Below, one piece after another: positions 11,259-24,840 of a stretch of 64,000 bases of DNA. The first letter of the stretch is position 1. Every line of letters starts with the position of its first letter. The DNA is taken from NCBI GenBank assembly GCA_977017645.1, contig OZ360235.1, positions 27,404,001 through 27,468,000 on the forward strand, in the 5' to 3' direction. A model generated the notes under the pieces. The model did not search any database. It worked only from the letters and a program-made list of their open reading frames with translations, and was not told the origin of the DNA. The position numbers and the translations under genes are program-made. Source of the stretch: Torpedo marmorata (taxonomy: Eukaryota).

Positions 11259-11303
11259 AGGGAACGCGGGGTGAATATACCAATTTAGTAAACCAGTGCT
11301 CAC

Positions 11304-11807
11304 CATTCCGTCCGAACAATTGGATGTGGGACTCGCCGGTTCGGAATTGCCATTGCCCGGAAGGCTATAATAGTTCGCCACCTGTTCCCTGAGAAGCTCT
11401 TGCAGGCTCTCGATGTAGCTGATGGCGTTTCTTAGAATCTCTACTTTGGGCAGTCGCTGGTTCGGGTTGGCGCTCGTGCATCTCTTCAGAGTTTCGAAAG
11501 CCTGATTAACTTTCTTAAGTCTCCTCCTTTCCCTCATGGTAGCTGCCTTTCTTCTGTCGGTGTTGGAGCTTTTGCGTTTGCAGGCTTTACAAGCCCACAC
11601 AAGGCAGTGCCCAGCCTGGTGGTGGCTATTTGGTGCTTTGATATGTTCCTCTTCATTAGTTCCGCGGGACTGAAGTTTGTGGTCCCCAAACACTACCGTA
11701 CAATTCTCGGAATCATCTGCAAAGTCTGTCTCTTCGGGCGATGACAGACAAGAATTATCATAGAACAGATCGGATGGAGAAAAGTGGCAGTCGACCATGA
11801 TATCCAT
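11304..11807 (-). CDS. MYF5: Myogenic factor 5, exon 1 (His/Cys-rich region, basic region, HLH)
   Basis: [93 protein letters not shown], then donor gtgag; 504 bp. Confidence 0.97.
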
Positions 11808-11943
11808 AGTAGCGAATCGATCGTTTAAATGAAACTCAAGACTTGCACACTATTTCTGTGCAACTGCACTATGCGATGGAGATCAAAGACAAACGTGTGT
11901 TCAAGTCAGAGTAAAGTGCCTGCGGCTCAAGACTGAAGAGCTC

Positions 11944-11951
11944 TTTATATA
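11944..11951 (-). promoter_or_regulatory. MYF5 TATA box (TATATAAA)
   Basis: About 137 nt upstream of the ATG on the minus strand. Confidence 0.7.
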
Positions 11952-12236
11952 CACACTCGATGAGGTCGGTCACACCGGTGAACATCTAGTCCTTCCCATA
12001 TGTCATTAACCCCAGATCAATCCCGTGGGTATCTTTTCCTGGGTTGGGAACGTCTCCTCCCACAATTCAAACAGAATATTCTGCGGGGAATAAGAGAGTT
12101 CCAGAGAGGAAAGTGTCCAACCAGTGGACTAGAACAGATTGCATGAATCGAAAAATTACAGTATTACCTTGGAATTTTTTAAATTGCTTTTTACAAATAA
12201 TCTTCATCCACTTTCCAGAATATCTCTTTGTGAGTC

Positions 12237-12462
12237 AATACACAAACGTGCTGGAGAAACTCAGCAGGTCACACGGCGTCCATAAGATGCAAAGGTGTAC
12301 AACCAAAGGTATATATATAAAGGGTAAGTACCTTGACGAAGGGGTCACACCCCAAAAGTTGGTTAAATACCTTTGCTTCCTATCGATGTTGCGTGACCTG
12401 CTGAGTTTCTCCAGCACTTTTGTGTATTGCACTACAATTCCGGCGTCTGCAGACTTTCCTTT
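12237..12462. mobile_element. Palindromic Penelope-derived mini element upstream of the MYF5 promoter
   Basis: Arms aatacacaaacgtgctggagaaactcagcaggtcac and gtgacctgctgagtttctccagcacttttgtgtatt; degenerate hammerhead-like motif at 12329-12363. Confidence 0.8.
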
Positions 12463-12469
12463 TTAAATC

Positions 12470-12615
12470 TCTTTGTAAGAGGAAATTAAGGGACGTGGGG
12501 AAAAGGCAGGTAGGTGGAGATGAGCCGATCATCAGATCAGCCACGATCTCAATGAATGGCGGAGCAGGCTCGACGGATGGCCTGCCCCTGCTCTTATTTC
12601 TTATGTTCTTATGTA
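12470..12615 (+). mobile_element. CR1-type 3' end fragment
   Basis: agatcagccacgatctcaatgaatggcggagcaggctcg..cctgctcttatttcttatgttcttatg tail. Confidence 0.7.
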
Positions 12616-15600
12616 AGGTTCTATAAATGTCAATGTCGTTAGCAACCCCGTGTTAAATCGGTCTTTAGCTGTAGTGTACGACCTTGGTTACAAAATAATT
12701 TGTTACGTGAAAGGCTCGAGGTTTTATTAGCGCTGGTGTCCTACTGCATCCTATTAACTTCTCGTGCATGATAATTATTATGTTTTAAATTAAAAAAAAC
12801 AATGGGTGGTTGGGTTAGTACATGCAATGTGCATGTGTTACAAAATGCCACGACTATTGAAAGGACGTGATACCGATCAGAAAGCATGATTAAGATCGTT
12901 TCAGCAATATAGGCGGTGAACAATTCCTTGTTATTTATCTTTTCCAGCCTATTATAAATACACTGACAAATAAGTATCCCATTAACATTCTCGCAAAAAT
13001 CTTCAAAAATATATGTCTTTTTAATTAAATCAAATAACGTTGGGGGTTAATTTAGAAATACAATTTTAAAGTAGTGTCCTTCACTGCCGGAATGTGTTCC
13101 TTCAGCAGTGTAGCAACGTTTAAAACTGTGGGTCAGATTAAACTCCTTGAATGCCCTGACATGCTTTTCTCAAGTGCAAACTGTAAAACCGCATTTTTAC
13201 TGCTCTTTCGGGTTTGCTGATTTTACGGTTGAAACGAATTCGCACCGTTACAGATGCGTCCCAGCTGAAACGTTGCCATCTCTTTAAAAGGTGCAAGATT
13301 CTTCTGCAATAATGTGTCGGGAAAATTCACCGAGGTGACATTCCTTTCCCAAAAGTTTGAGTAGGTGGGTAGACAATCTTTAAAGTAGTAATCAAAAATC
13401 GGTAATGGGGAGCATTCGGGAGTGTTTGTTAGGTTAGCAGCAGGTGAAGTAACGTTGAAAAGATATTCAGCAATAAGGGATTGGTTGCCGTTTGCGTGTG
13501 ATAGAGCTATTTGTATAACTTTTTGTGGGATTTACTGATTTGGTTTATTAGCATTCTTCTTTATCTGATTTTAAACACTTCGTCATGAAAACAAATTCCT
13601 TCTCCACACCTCAGTTTTGAAAGCGATATTGGAAACTCAAAGGTACTTAATGAACAAAATACAAATAAATAAGTGATCACAGAGAAGAAAAAAAATCAGA
13701 TTAAAATACAATTAAAGATTCGTACTGAAATTGACATTATTCTCTCTAGAAATAATTAGCTTCATTCTTTAAATGTTTACACAAAATCCCGAAAATACAC
13801 GTTAAACTCCTTTGGGACACGTTTCCTTCTTATTGAAGGAAGGACCTCTTTACTGAGGCTGTTTGGTGTGTTTTTCGAAAGTGCTTATCAAAACAACTGC
13901 CAAAAGGAAGCAGGCAACAGCAATAGAACTGCGAGCTTGAAGCTGGAGGATGCAAGGGGAAGAAGACATTGAGGAATCCGACTCCTGTTCTTTGCTGGGC
14001 TGGGAATTGAGGTGCTAAAACTCCAGCCAATGCAACAAACTTCCCCACCGAACAAACCGATTCACCATTAAAATCGACTACCTACTCGTTCTACCTGATA
14101 TACTTTTGTAATCAATTTTTTTTATTATATATTGAACATTCATGAAAGAACTACATTTGTAAAATGGATACTTCTTTCATTCTTTTAACGTTCAATTCCT
14201 GATTTGTCCATCCGATCTTATATCGGTGATAAGCCTTTGCATTATAAAGTAGATTCGGCACAGAAACTTCGAGTCTCACAAAAGACGTTCTCTTTGGGTC
14301 TACTACCTACACTCTTCTAACTGTTCACCCAATCGTGTAAACGTAAGATAGTTATTGCAGTGTTAGTTCCAATCTGCGTGGGGGAAACATAGAGCAGAGT
14401 TGTATACATCTGTCAAAACATTTGTGTACTTGCATTTGCGACCCTTTTTCATGTTTCTCCGAGGTACACGTTTGCCTGCCACTTTCCATTCAGTGCAGAC
14501 ATTACCAGTCGAAAGACAGCTGAAGAAGACATTGAGCGTTGTTTCTCTAATCGTCTTCCAAGAGAGATCAAAGTGAGTTAATTGTCTAAGGCCACAAAAG
14601 GGTAAGTTTTGCAGCATTTCTCATTTGAAGTGCTAGCATGGATAAGCAGCTGGCATAGATGGGAACATGCTTTTGCAGAGATAATACATTTCGCCGGTTA
14701 AATGACGACTTCCCAGGAGGTTCAAAACCAAAAAAATGCATTGTATCTAAACCATACAATCAATGTATTAATTCCGAGCTCTCTTCTCACTCTATACAAC
14801 AAGACTTATGCAGCGCACTATCTTTGACGGTATCCATCATCTGAGCCGACCTGCTATAAATGAATATTATGTGACTTGAATGGATCTTGTCAGTATGGCC
14901 GGAGAACTCCTGGATCAGCCAATTAAGGTGAAACCCGATTCAGGTGGGGGCTTACCTGACTTCTTTCTGAGGAAATATTAATTTATTAAACATTATATAT
15001 GTTTATGGTAACATTGATAAGGTACGAAATATAACTTCTGCTCTGGCAAGTTTCCACATGACACAGAAGAATGGCCTTGTAAGGGCACTGTCACTCTCTT
15101 GCAGTGGACTCAAACAAATTCGTGTCTGGAAATCTAGCACATGGGGTTTGTGGTAGTAAAGGCGTTGATTCGTCCCATGGATTTGCAGATTTATGTAGTA
15201 AATGCTAACAAAATATCTGACCAATGGGTGCCTGCCCCAACAATTGAAAATGCCGATGAAAAACCTAAGCCAAGATCCGTGAGTTATCATAACTTTGTTA
15301 CTTTTTTTCCCAATCATTAATACTTCGACTTTGCAATAGGTTGACTTTGGTTATTTGACATGAAAAATAATTACAGCGAAGCCTTCCTTCAGAAGACAAA
15401 TAAATACACATTTTTAAAGATAAATATTTAAGGTTGGACTGTGAAAACGAAGCCTTCATTATTTTTTAAACACGATTTCCAAATGAGATAAGATCTTCAA
15501 TTCTGCAACCAAATCCCTTTGGAAATAACTGATTAAATCCCACCCTCTGATCTCGAGAACGTTATTGGTAATCTCAGTAAACCTGAGATATATTTCTTTA

Positions 15601-17489
15601 GATGCCAAATAAGATGGTAATCGTCTTAATTATTTTCAGCTCTTACATTAGAGAAAAATAACCTTAAAATGTGCCCTCAACAGATTGTGTTATTTAAGGT
15701 TATTGAAAGCAGAACAAATGAATGATTGTATTGACTATTTGCAAGTGATTAGTTAATAAGGAATATCAACTTGACTATTCTATGACAGATAAACAGTTTC
15801 ATTGTGACAAGTAAATGAGCGGCATGCAATTGAAATAATGAAAACCTAAGAGGAAAGAAGAGGTATCAGCTCAAATCGTAAGATCCGGATGTATTTCTGA
15901 GTTAACTTGAAGGGCCACAGAGCAAAACAAATCCTCTTATTTCCAACTGGACAGATCTGGCTCCAAATTCTAAATATTGGGATATTTTATGATATACATC
16001 TTCTGACCTACCGTGACCACTACAGAACATATCAGGAGATTCATATTAATAATTGCCCTGGTTTGCTTATTCCTTTTCAGATTGTACACCTTTTCTTCAG
16101 AACGTCGCAACGCGCTTTGCAACCAATTCAGTACGTTTGAATCGTAGCCACTGTTGTAGTGCAGGGTGTACAATAAACGTGCCGTATAAACGATCAGTTT
16201 AGCATGAGTTTATTTGTTGTACTCAACTAAATTCCGATAAATATATTTTCCTAAACAAGAGTAACCAGAAGCTGCGATGTTCCGTTAAATAAAGTAAAGG
16301 AAACAGTTTAACACGATTTCGAAAGCCTCCATCTTAACCTGTCATTTTCTGACCTTCATTGCAAAGTATTTATGAGCAGATCTCTGAACCCAATAATTAG
16401 TAAACCGACCAAGAGATTATGATTACGTCAATGTCGTGAACGCCTGTAAAATGTTCTTCGTGATGTCCAAAGACAAGTAAACATGCCCCATGTTGAAGAA
16501 AAACAGGCAGTTCTCGCGAACGAATGTGTAAACAAAGTGAAGAGCTTGCAAATATCTTACTGCGTTGCTGCCAGCTTAACGCGGCATTTAGCTCCCAATC
16601 GCAAGCATGACTAGAAGATATGAGGGCGTTGCAATGATATTTATACACGCTTCGCAACGTTTTTTTTAAACTAGAGCGCATATCATTGCAATTTGCATTG
16701 CTGTTATTCCAAGTGCGAGCACATTTTGTAACTCTAATTAAATTCTGACCCACTGAATAGTGCTCTGCAATTAATTCATATTGTTATAGAGTGGAAAAAA
16801 AGAATATTACAGTATGGAAGGAGGTCATTCGGTCCATCGTAGCTGTGTAGGCTCACCAATAGAGACAATCAGTTGCACTCACCAATATTTTCCATGTTGT
16901 CGTGGAAACGTTTCCATTTCAAACATTCGTCCAAATATTTCCCCTTTAAAGCTTCCAATTAAATCGGCTTCCATTGCTCTTTGAAGCAATGCATTTCAGG
17001 TCACAACATCTCGACAACTAAATATAACTTCCACGCTTTGTGGCTGATATTGACCTTCTGTCAATATCAGTCGTCTTATTCAGTAAATGGAAACATTCAG
17101 AATTTTGAACTCTGGGGATATCAACTCCAGCATTCCGGGACATTTAATGTAATTCAAGGATTTCATCTGTGGTACAGCTCTAATGCATTTTATTTGTTTC
17201 CTTGACGGTATTTCCATTGTACGTGGTCTAGAATTGGCCACAGACTCCAACTGACATTTCACCAGTTTCTAAAGATTTAGCTTCATTTCATCCTACTCTA
17301 CCCATCTGTTTTTAACACTGATGTTTTTTGAGCAATCTTATCCTCCGACTTCAAAGATGTGCGTACTTCAGCCTTCAGGTTTTGCTCTGCCTTCCTGTTT
17401 CACCCATTTTTGCTTCCTTTCTAGGGTCAGAATGACCTACACTATCTAGCTAGCTGCTTACACCATCTCTAAACTTCAAGTCGCTGGTA

Positions 17490-18925
17490 GATTTCCCCCA
17501 ACTGCTATCAAGCTCTTGAATGTCCCCGTTGGTAAGTGTGATGAACTTTGGAAGAAAAAAATTGTAACTTGGAATATAGTTTAAATGGTGAAAGATTGCA
17601 ACATGCTGCTGTACACAGAGTCTTAGGAGTGCTTGTGCACGAATCACGGAAGGTTGGTTTGTAGGTGCAACAGGAAATCAAGAAGGCAAATGGGATGCTG
17701 GCCTTCATTGCTCGCGGAATTTAAGTTGAAAGCGGGGAAGTTCTGCTGCAACTGAGTACTATTGAGGCCACACCTTGAGTACCGTTTGCATTTCTGATCT
17801 CCTAACTTGAGAAAAGATTTACTAGCCTTGGAGGTGGGGTAGAAGAGGTTCACCAGGTTAATTCCAGAGATCAGAATCAGAATCAGAATCAGAATTTATT
17901 GTCATGAACAAGTCATGAAATTCGATGTTTTGAGGCAGCATCATAGTACAATTAACATTCATATTATAACCATCTTACGACATTACTATAAAAAATTATA
18001 AATAATAGTGCCCGAAAAGTAAGGCAGTGTCTTTGGTTCATTGATTATTCAGGAATCTGATGGCAGCGGGGAAGAAGCTGTCCTTGTGCCGTTGAGTGCT
18101 CGTCTTTAGGCTCCTGCACCTTTTTCCCGATGGTAGCAGAGTGAAGAGGGCATGGCCTGGGTGGTGGGGGTCTTTGAGGATAGAGGCTGCTTTTTTAAGA
18201 CACCGCCTCATGTAGATGTCCTCGATGGAGTGAAGTTTGGTGCCTGTGATGCCTCTTGTCCTGAGAGTTGGCGCCTCCATACCAGGCAGTGATGCAACCA
18301 GCCAGAATGCTCTCCACGGTACACCTGTAGAAGTTTGTGAGAGTCTTCGGTGACATACCGAATCTCCTCAGACACCTCACAAAGTATAGCCGCTGACGAG
18401 CCTTCTTTGTGATTGCATCAACGTGGAGACTCCAGGACAGATCCTCGGAGATGTTGACACCCAGATATTCTATGAGGAGAGATTAAGTTGGCTGCCACTA
18501 TACTCGTTGCAGATTAGAAGAATGAGGGGGGGGGGGGGGGATCTTGTAGAAACATACAAAATTATGAAAGGAAGAGATAAGATGGAAGGTGGAAAATTGT
18601 TTTCACTGGGAGATGAGACGGAACATAGCCTCAAGGTTCAAGGAAATGGATTTAAGACAAAGACTAGGAACAATAGCTTTTCCCAAAGAGTAGTGAATCT
18701 GTGGAATTCTTCACCCAAGGAAGTCATAGAGGCTACCTCATTAAAATATATATATATATTTAAGACACAGGTCGACATAGCATTACACAGTTGGGGAATT
18801 AAGATTATAGTGAAAAGAGAGGCAAATGAAGCTGAGTCCACTGACAGATCAACCATATTCTTGTTGAATGGTGGAGCAGACTTGATGGGCCACATGGCCT
18901 TCTCTTGTTCCTATTTCTTATGTTA
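17490..18925 (+). mobile_element. CR1 LINE 3' portion, interrupted by a Rex1-type LINE
   Basis: ORF 18423-18992 (YEERL..GDLVETYKIMKG..FSQRVVNLWNS); the upstream part has aaggcaaatgggatgctggccttcat and aggccacaccttgagta. Confidence 0.85.
17870..18463 (-). mobile_element. Young Rex1/Babar-type LINE 3' fragment (family A)
   Basis: [37 protein letters not shown] and a (GATTCT)4 tail; near-identical to the 3' ends at 23213, 41000 and 63600. Confidence 0.92.
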
Positions 18926-19819
18926 TCACTATATGCAAACAGCCTGCTTGAAAATCAATTGTTCCTCATCATTCCCTGCATTCTCTTCCTAACTAATTTT
19001 GATTCTTGACAACAATTGTGCTTTTAATTTCATGGATTTAGTTTTGCCAACAAGTGGTATATTATACCACTTAATCAAGTGTATTTACACTTTGTGTATG
19101 CCAGTGTGTTGTTATAATTCAGAACCATTTATTTAAACCATTGTATTTGTTAACTGCACTGCATGAAGGATGTTCCTTCTATTCCCACACTGCTGGGTTT
19201 TAATACACTGACTAATTTATTATTCCAGTGTCATGGCATTCAGAGTCCATAATTTGGTTTGTTCTCCAAAAGAATAGTAAATGAAATGTGGATAGATAGG
19301 TGGTTAATCTGATTTATCTTTATGCTCTATCTACTGCCAAAGTGGTATTGGATCAGATCTTTAGAAAGGAAAGGTATATGACTGAATTTAGTAACACTGC
19401 ATATAATTGCCAGCCGCGTCCTTGGTTAAATGTCAAGGTTTCCAATTTGACTCTACTGAACTAGTGGCATAAAATAGTATGGCCAGATTCAAGGCAAGAT
19501 GATGAAACATAAACCAACTGCTTTTAGCTTGAATCTAGAGAAGCATTTTTATTTCTAATTTAGTAAGTGAAATAGTTGTATGTAACTTGTATATCTCTGA
19601 AAGGAATGCAGTTAATTTTGCTAAAATCTCTGTCCGAGTACAAAGGTTTGGATTTAACAGTTCTCTATTCTTCCATTTCTCCAGTATACATTAATATTGG
19701 CACCTATTTACACTGTTATAATTTCAAACTCCAAATTTATTGATCAACTGCAACAGTTTTGCCAAAATCCCACCTGTATTGATATAGTTGATTAGTAAAG
19801 GCTTCTTCCAAATGAATTA

Positions 19820-20258
19820 CCGTATATACACGTGTAATAGTTGATACCGTGTAAAAGTCGACCCCCTATTTTTGGCCCCAAAATATGGTATTTTCCATAT
19901 ATCACGTGTAAAAGTTGACCCCCGTATTTTTGGCCCCGGGCACCCGCCCACCGGAGCTACCAACGCCCTGACCGCGGATTCTCGCCTCGGCCCCGGCCGC
20001 CCACCCATCCAAGGTCCCGACGTCCCGACCGCGGACTCTCAGTTAGGCCCCGGTCGCCCATCTTTTCGAGCTCCTGACACCCCGAATGCGAAATTACCAT
20101 GCGGTCCTGGCCACCTGCCCGCCCATCCAAGCTCTCGATGCCTCGTACGACGCTGGCACTTACCGCGGTCAAAAGTAGTATGCGTGTAATAGTTGACCCC
20201 CTAAATTTTACCCTAAAAATTGGTCCACAAAATTCGACTATTACATGCGTATATACGG
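19820..20258. mobile_element. Tc1/mariner-pogo-type MITE with GC-rich internal tandem repeats
   Basis: TIRs ccgtatatacacgtgtaatagttga and tcgactattacatgcgtatatacgg; TA on the left flank; internal repeats of about 59 bp. Confidence 0.8.
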
Positions 20259-20469
20259 TCGTGAATATGGCCTGTGAAGGCTGGAAGTTTGGTGTAACTG
20301 GAACTGATTGAAAGTTTCAAAGGTTATTTTCTCCACTTGAGGTGCACGAATGTTCAGGTCGCTGCATTGCAATGCAAACTAACCCTAATGTGTGGCTTAT
20401 TCTGAAGACATCATCGAAATCTAATGTTGCTTTGATCCAATTAATACAAGAATTAGGAACCATGGAGTA

Positions 20470-23400
20470 TTAGATTCATTCAGATTTATTCGGATTTATT
20501 GTCAGAGTACATGCGTGACATCACATACAACCCTGAGATTCTTTTTCCTGCGGGTGAGGCAGAACTATCAGTTATTGGTAGTGCAAAAAAAAACTGTACA
20601 CAACATACACAAGTAAACAAGTAAAGAACTGTAAACAGATAACGAATGTAAACAAACTGACTGTGCAGTACAAAGAGAATTAAAAAAATCAATTAAGTGC
20701 AAAAGCAAGAGTCCTTAAATGAGTCCTTGGATCCTTGGAGAACAAACTTGATGAACTCCAAGCCAGACTTCAACATCAGGGAGTCATCAGGGAGTGCTGC
20801 ATGATGTACTTTACAGAAACATGGCTAAATGCGGACATTCCGGACACAGCGCTGCAGCCCAAGGGCTACACCCTCCATCTGGAAAAACCAGGGGAGGCGA
20901 GGTTTGTGTCGTCATCAATTCATCATGGTCATATCCCAGTCCTGCTCCCCCGACCTGGAACCTCTGGCGATCAAGTGTTGCCCATTCTACCTGCCGAGGG
21001 AGTTCACCGCCATCATCCTGGTCGCAGTGTACATTCCGCCCCAGGCTAACGTCAGGCTGGCATTGGAGGGACTGAGCACTGTGATAAACAGCCATGAGAC
21101 AGCACATCCTAATGCCTTCCCGATCATTGTGGGAGACTTCAATCAGGCCAACCTGAAGGAGTCTCTGACAAACTACCACCAACACATCACATGCGAGACC
21201 AGGGGAACCAACACACTCGACCACTGTTACACCACCATGAAGAATGCATACCGAGCCATACCACGACCGCACTTCAGCAAGTCTGATCACCTGGCAGTAC
21301 TTCTACTCCCGGCGTACAAGCAGAGACTGAAGACCACAGCACCAGTGGTGAGGATGGCGAAAGTATGGTCGAGGGAGGCGGAGGAGCGTCTGCAGGACTG
21401 CTTTGAATCGGTGGACTGGAACATATTCAAAAACTCATCCATAGACCTGAATGAATATGCAAAAGGGGTCACCGACTTCATCAAGACCTGTGTGGATGAG
21501 TGTGTGCCCACGCGCAAATATCGGGTGTTCCCCAACCAGAAGCCCTGGATGAATCAGAGAATTCGCAACCTGCTGAGGGAAAGAACAAGGGCGTTTAAGG
21601 CCGGGGATCGGGATCTTTACAAGAAGTCCAGGCACGACCTGCGGAAGGCCATCTCTGAAGCAAAGTGGCAATTCCGGAGGAAGCTAGAGACAGAGACAGA
21701 TACACGCCAGCTATGGCAGGGAGTGCAGGCCATTACAGCCTACAAAGCGAGGGCGAAAACTATAGACCGCTGTGATGTTTCACTACCTGATGAGCTGAAC
21801 ACCTATGCCCACTTTGAGAAGAACCAAACAGTGCTTACTAGAATCCCTGAAAAGGCTGAGGACCCTGTGATATCTGTCTCTGAGGGGACGTCAGATCATC
21901 ATACAAGAGGGTGAACCCTCGCAAGGTGTCAGGCCCTGACAGCGTACCTGGCAGGGTACTGGAAATCTGTGCCAACCAACTAGCCGGAGTGTTCACGGAC
22001 ATTTTCAACCTCTCATTGCAGCAGTCAGAGGTTCCCACCTGCTTCAAAAGGGCATCAATCATCATCAATCACCCAAGAAGAGTAGTGTGAGCTGCCTCAA
22101 CGACTACCGCCCAGTAGCACTAACTTCTACTGTGATGAAATGTTTTGAGAGGCTGGTCATGGCCAGAATTAACATGTACGTAAGCAAAGATCTGGACCCA
22201 CTGCAATTCGCCTATCGTCACAATCGCTCCACAGCAGATGCAATATCGCTGGCTCTCCACTCAGCTCTGGATCACCTCGAAAACAATAATTCATACATAC
22301 GGCTGCTCTTCATCGACTACAGCTCGGCCTTCAATACCATTATTCCCTCAGTGCTGGTCAAGAAGCTACAAACTCTAGACCTCTGTACCCCCCTCTGCAA
22401 CTGGATCCTTGACTTTCTCATCGGAAGACCACAGTCAGTACGAATTGGAAACAATGTCTCCTCCTCACTGAGTATCAACACAGGCGCACCCCAAGGATGC
22501 GTGCTTAGCCCACTGCTCTACACGTTATACACCCATGATTGTGTGGCCAGGCACAATTCCAATGCCATCTACAAGTTTGCCGATGACACCACAGTTGTCG
22601 GCAGAATCACAAACGGCAATGAGGAAGCGTACAGGAGGGAGATAGATCAGCTCGTTGAATGGTGTAATGACAACAACCTTGCGCTCAACGTCAGCAAAAC
22701 CAAGGAGATGATTGTGGACTTCAGGAGGAAGTCAGGGGAACATGACCCAGTCCTCATCAGGGCTCAGTAGTGGAGAGGGTCAAGATCTTCAAATTCCTGG
22801 GTGTCAACATCTCCGAGGATCTGTCCTGGAGCCTCCACGCTGATGCAATCACAAAGAAGGCTCGCCAGTGGCTATACTTTGTGAGGTGTCTGAGGTGTAC
22901 CATGGAGAGCATTCTGGCTGGTTGCATCACTGCCTGGTATGGAGGCACCAACTCTCAGGACAAGAATAAACTCCAGAGGGTTGTTAACTCGGCCTGTGAC
23001 ATCACAGGCACCAGACTTCACTCCATCGAGAACTTCTACATGAGGCGGTGTCTTAAAAAAGCAGCCTCTATCCTCAAAGACCCCCACCACCCAGGCCATG
23101 CCCTCTTCACTCTGTTACCATCGGGAAAAAGGTACAGGAGCCTAAAGACGAGCACTCAACGGCACAAGGACAGCTTCTTCCCCGCTGCCATCAGATTCCT
23201 GAATAATCAATGAACCAAAGACACTGCCTTACTTTTCGTGCACTATTATTTATATATATTTTTTATAGTAATGTCATAAGCTGGTTACAATATGAATGTT
23301 TGCCCTATGATACTGCTGCAAAACACCGAATTTCATGACTTGTTCATGACAATAAATTCTGATTCTGATTCTGATTGAGTTTGTTGTTGAGGAGTCTGAT

Positions 23401-24245
23401 GGTGGACGCGTAGCAGCTATTCCTGAACCTGGTGGTGCGAGTCTTGTGGCACCTATTTCTCTTCCCTGATGGTAGCAGTGAGAACAGATCGTGTGCTGGG
23501 TGGTGTGGATCCTTGATGATTGCTGCTGCTCTCAGACGGCAGCATTCCCTGTAGATGTTCTCTATGGTGGGAAGGGTTTTGCCTGTGATGTCCTGGGCTT
23601 TGTCCACTACCTTTTGGAGAGCTTTACGCTCAGTTGTATTGGTGTCCCCATACGAGACTGTGATGCAGCCAGTCGGCACACTTTCCACCACACATCTGTA
23701 GAAATTTGCCAGGGTCTCTGATGTCAAATCAAAAACTCCACAAACTCCTGAGGAAGTAGAGATGCTGACGTGCTTTCTTCACTATGCAATTCGTGTGTTG
23801 GGTCCAGGAGAAATCCTCTGAGATAGTGACTCCCAAGATCTTAAATTTGCTCACACTCTCCATTTCTGATCCTCCAATGATCTCTGGACTGTACACCTCT
23901 GGTTTTCCCTTCCAGAAGTCAACATTCAGCTCCTTGGTTTTGGTGACATTGAGTGCATGGTTGTTGTTGGTGCACCATTCAGCCAAGTTTTCAATCTCCC
24001 TCCTCTATGTTGACTCATTGCCTTTTTTTATACAACCCCCTACCGTGGTATCCTCGGCAAATTTGTAGACGGTGTTATTGTCGTACCGAGCCACACAGTC
24101 GTAGGTGTAAAGTGAGTAGAGCAGGGGGCTAAGAACACTGCCCTGTGGTGCTCCGGTACTGATGGAGATTGTGGAGGAGATGTTCCTACCAATCCTCACT
24201 GATTGTGGTCTGTAGTTGAGGAAATCCAAGATCCAATTACACAGT
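20470..24245 (-). mobile_element. Rex1-like LINE (family C), split by the family A insertion into 20470-20728 and 23371-24245
   Basis: ORFs 23344-23727, 23729-23986 and 24005-24295 ([24 protein letters not shown]). The 3' UTR and tail resume at 20728 (..atgagtcc|ctgattgagtttg..). Confidence 0.8.
20729..23375 (+). mobile_element. Long Rex1/Babar-type LINE (family A): AP endonuclease plus RT, frameshifted
   Basis: FTETWL, VYIPP, GDFN, TLDHCY and SDH (APE motifs); [26 protein letters not shown] and KFADDT (RT motifs); AATAAA plus (TTCTGA)n tail. Confidence 0.95.
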
Positions 24246-24424
24246 ATTAATCCTGTGGTGTTAGATCGATTGTTTTGTACTCGATTGTGGCACAAGGTTG
24301 AGAAAAATATCTTGCAGATCTCGCATGTTTCAACAACATAATTTGGATTTAAAAAACTTGAAAATTGAAGTTGTTAATGATTAAAACTCAAAATTCAATC
24401 TCAGTATCTTAATTTAATGCTTTA

Positions 24425-24840
24425 ATAGGTGGCAGGCTGTGGGCGACTCATAGCGAGGAACCCATGCAGTCTGTGGGCTGCTGCCGACTGTGGTGAAAGG
24501 ACTCGCATCAGGCTGTGGACTGCTGAGACTGGCTGAAGGGGTTCCAGATATCAGAAACGAGATGCGAAAGGGTGCTGAAGGTGCTGAGGGCTTCCTGATG
24601 GTGTCAGAGGTTTGCATCTGGAGCTCGGGTTGCTGATGGTTTGGACTGAAGGCTGTGTGGCTGCAGAGATGCGGAAGCACTGGAGGCGAATCCATGGACA
24701 CTCAATGACTCTGGGGGGATTCTCTTTTGTTTCTCTTTCCCTGATTGTAAGGTGCACTGGGCAATTTCTGCTGATGTGGAATCTTTGTCTGCCTTACGGT
24801 AGATGAAATGAAATTTCGTGTAATATCACATTTTTTGATT
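24425..24840 (+). mobile_element. Non-LTR element 3' UTR-like fragment (family D)
   Basis: Reverse-complement homology to 41159-41668 (gactctgggggga..ctcttttg, ggcaatttctgctgatg, gaaatttcgtg). Confidence 0.65.

Noticed and set aside
11097-11303. Myf5 exon 1 ORF running into the N gap, suggesting missing coding sequence
   Set aside because: A gtgag donor follows CSDGM at 11304, and exons 2 and 3 were found in phase, so the gap is intronic.
19940-20170. CRISPR-like or coding GC-rich repeat array
   Set aside because: Eukaryotic context; degenerate tandem repeats lie inside a TIR-bounded MITE with no unique spacers.
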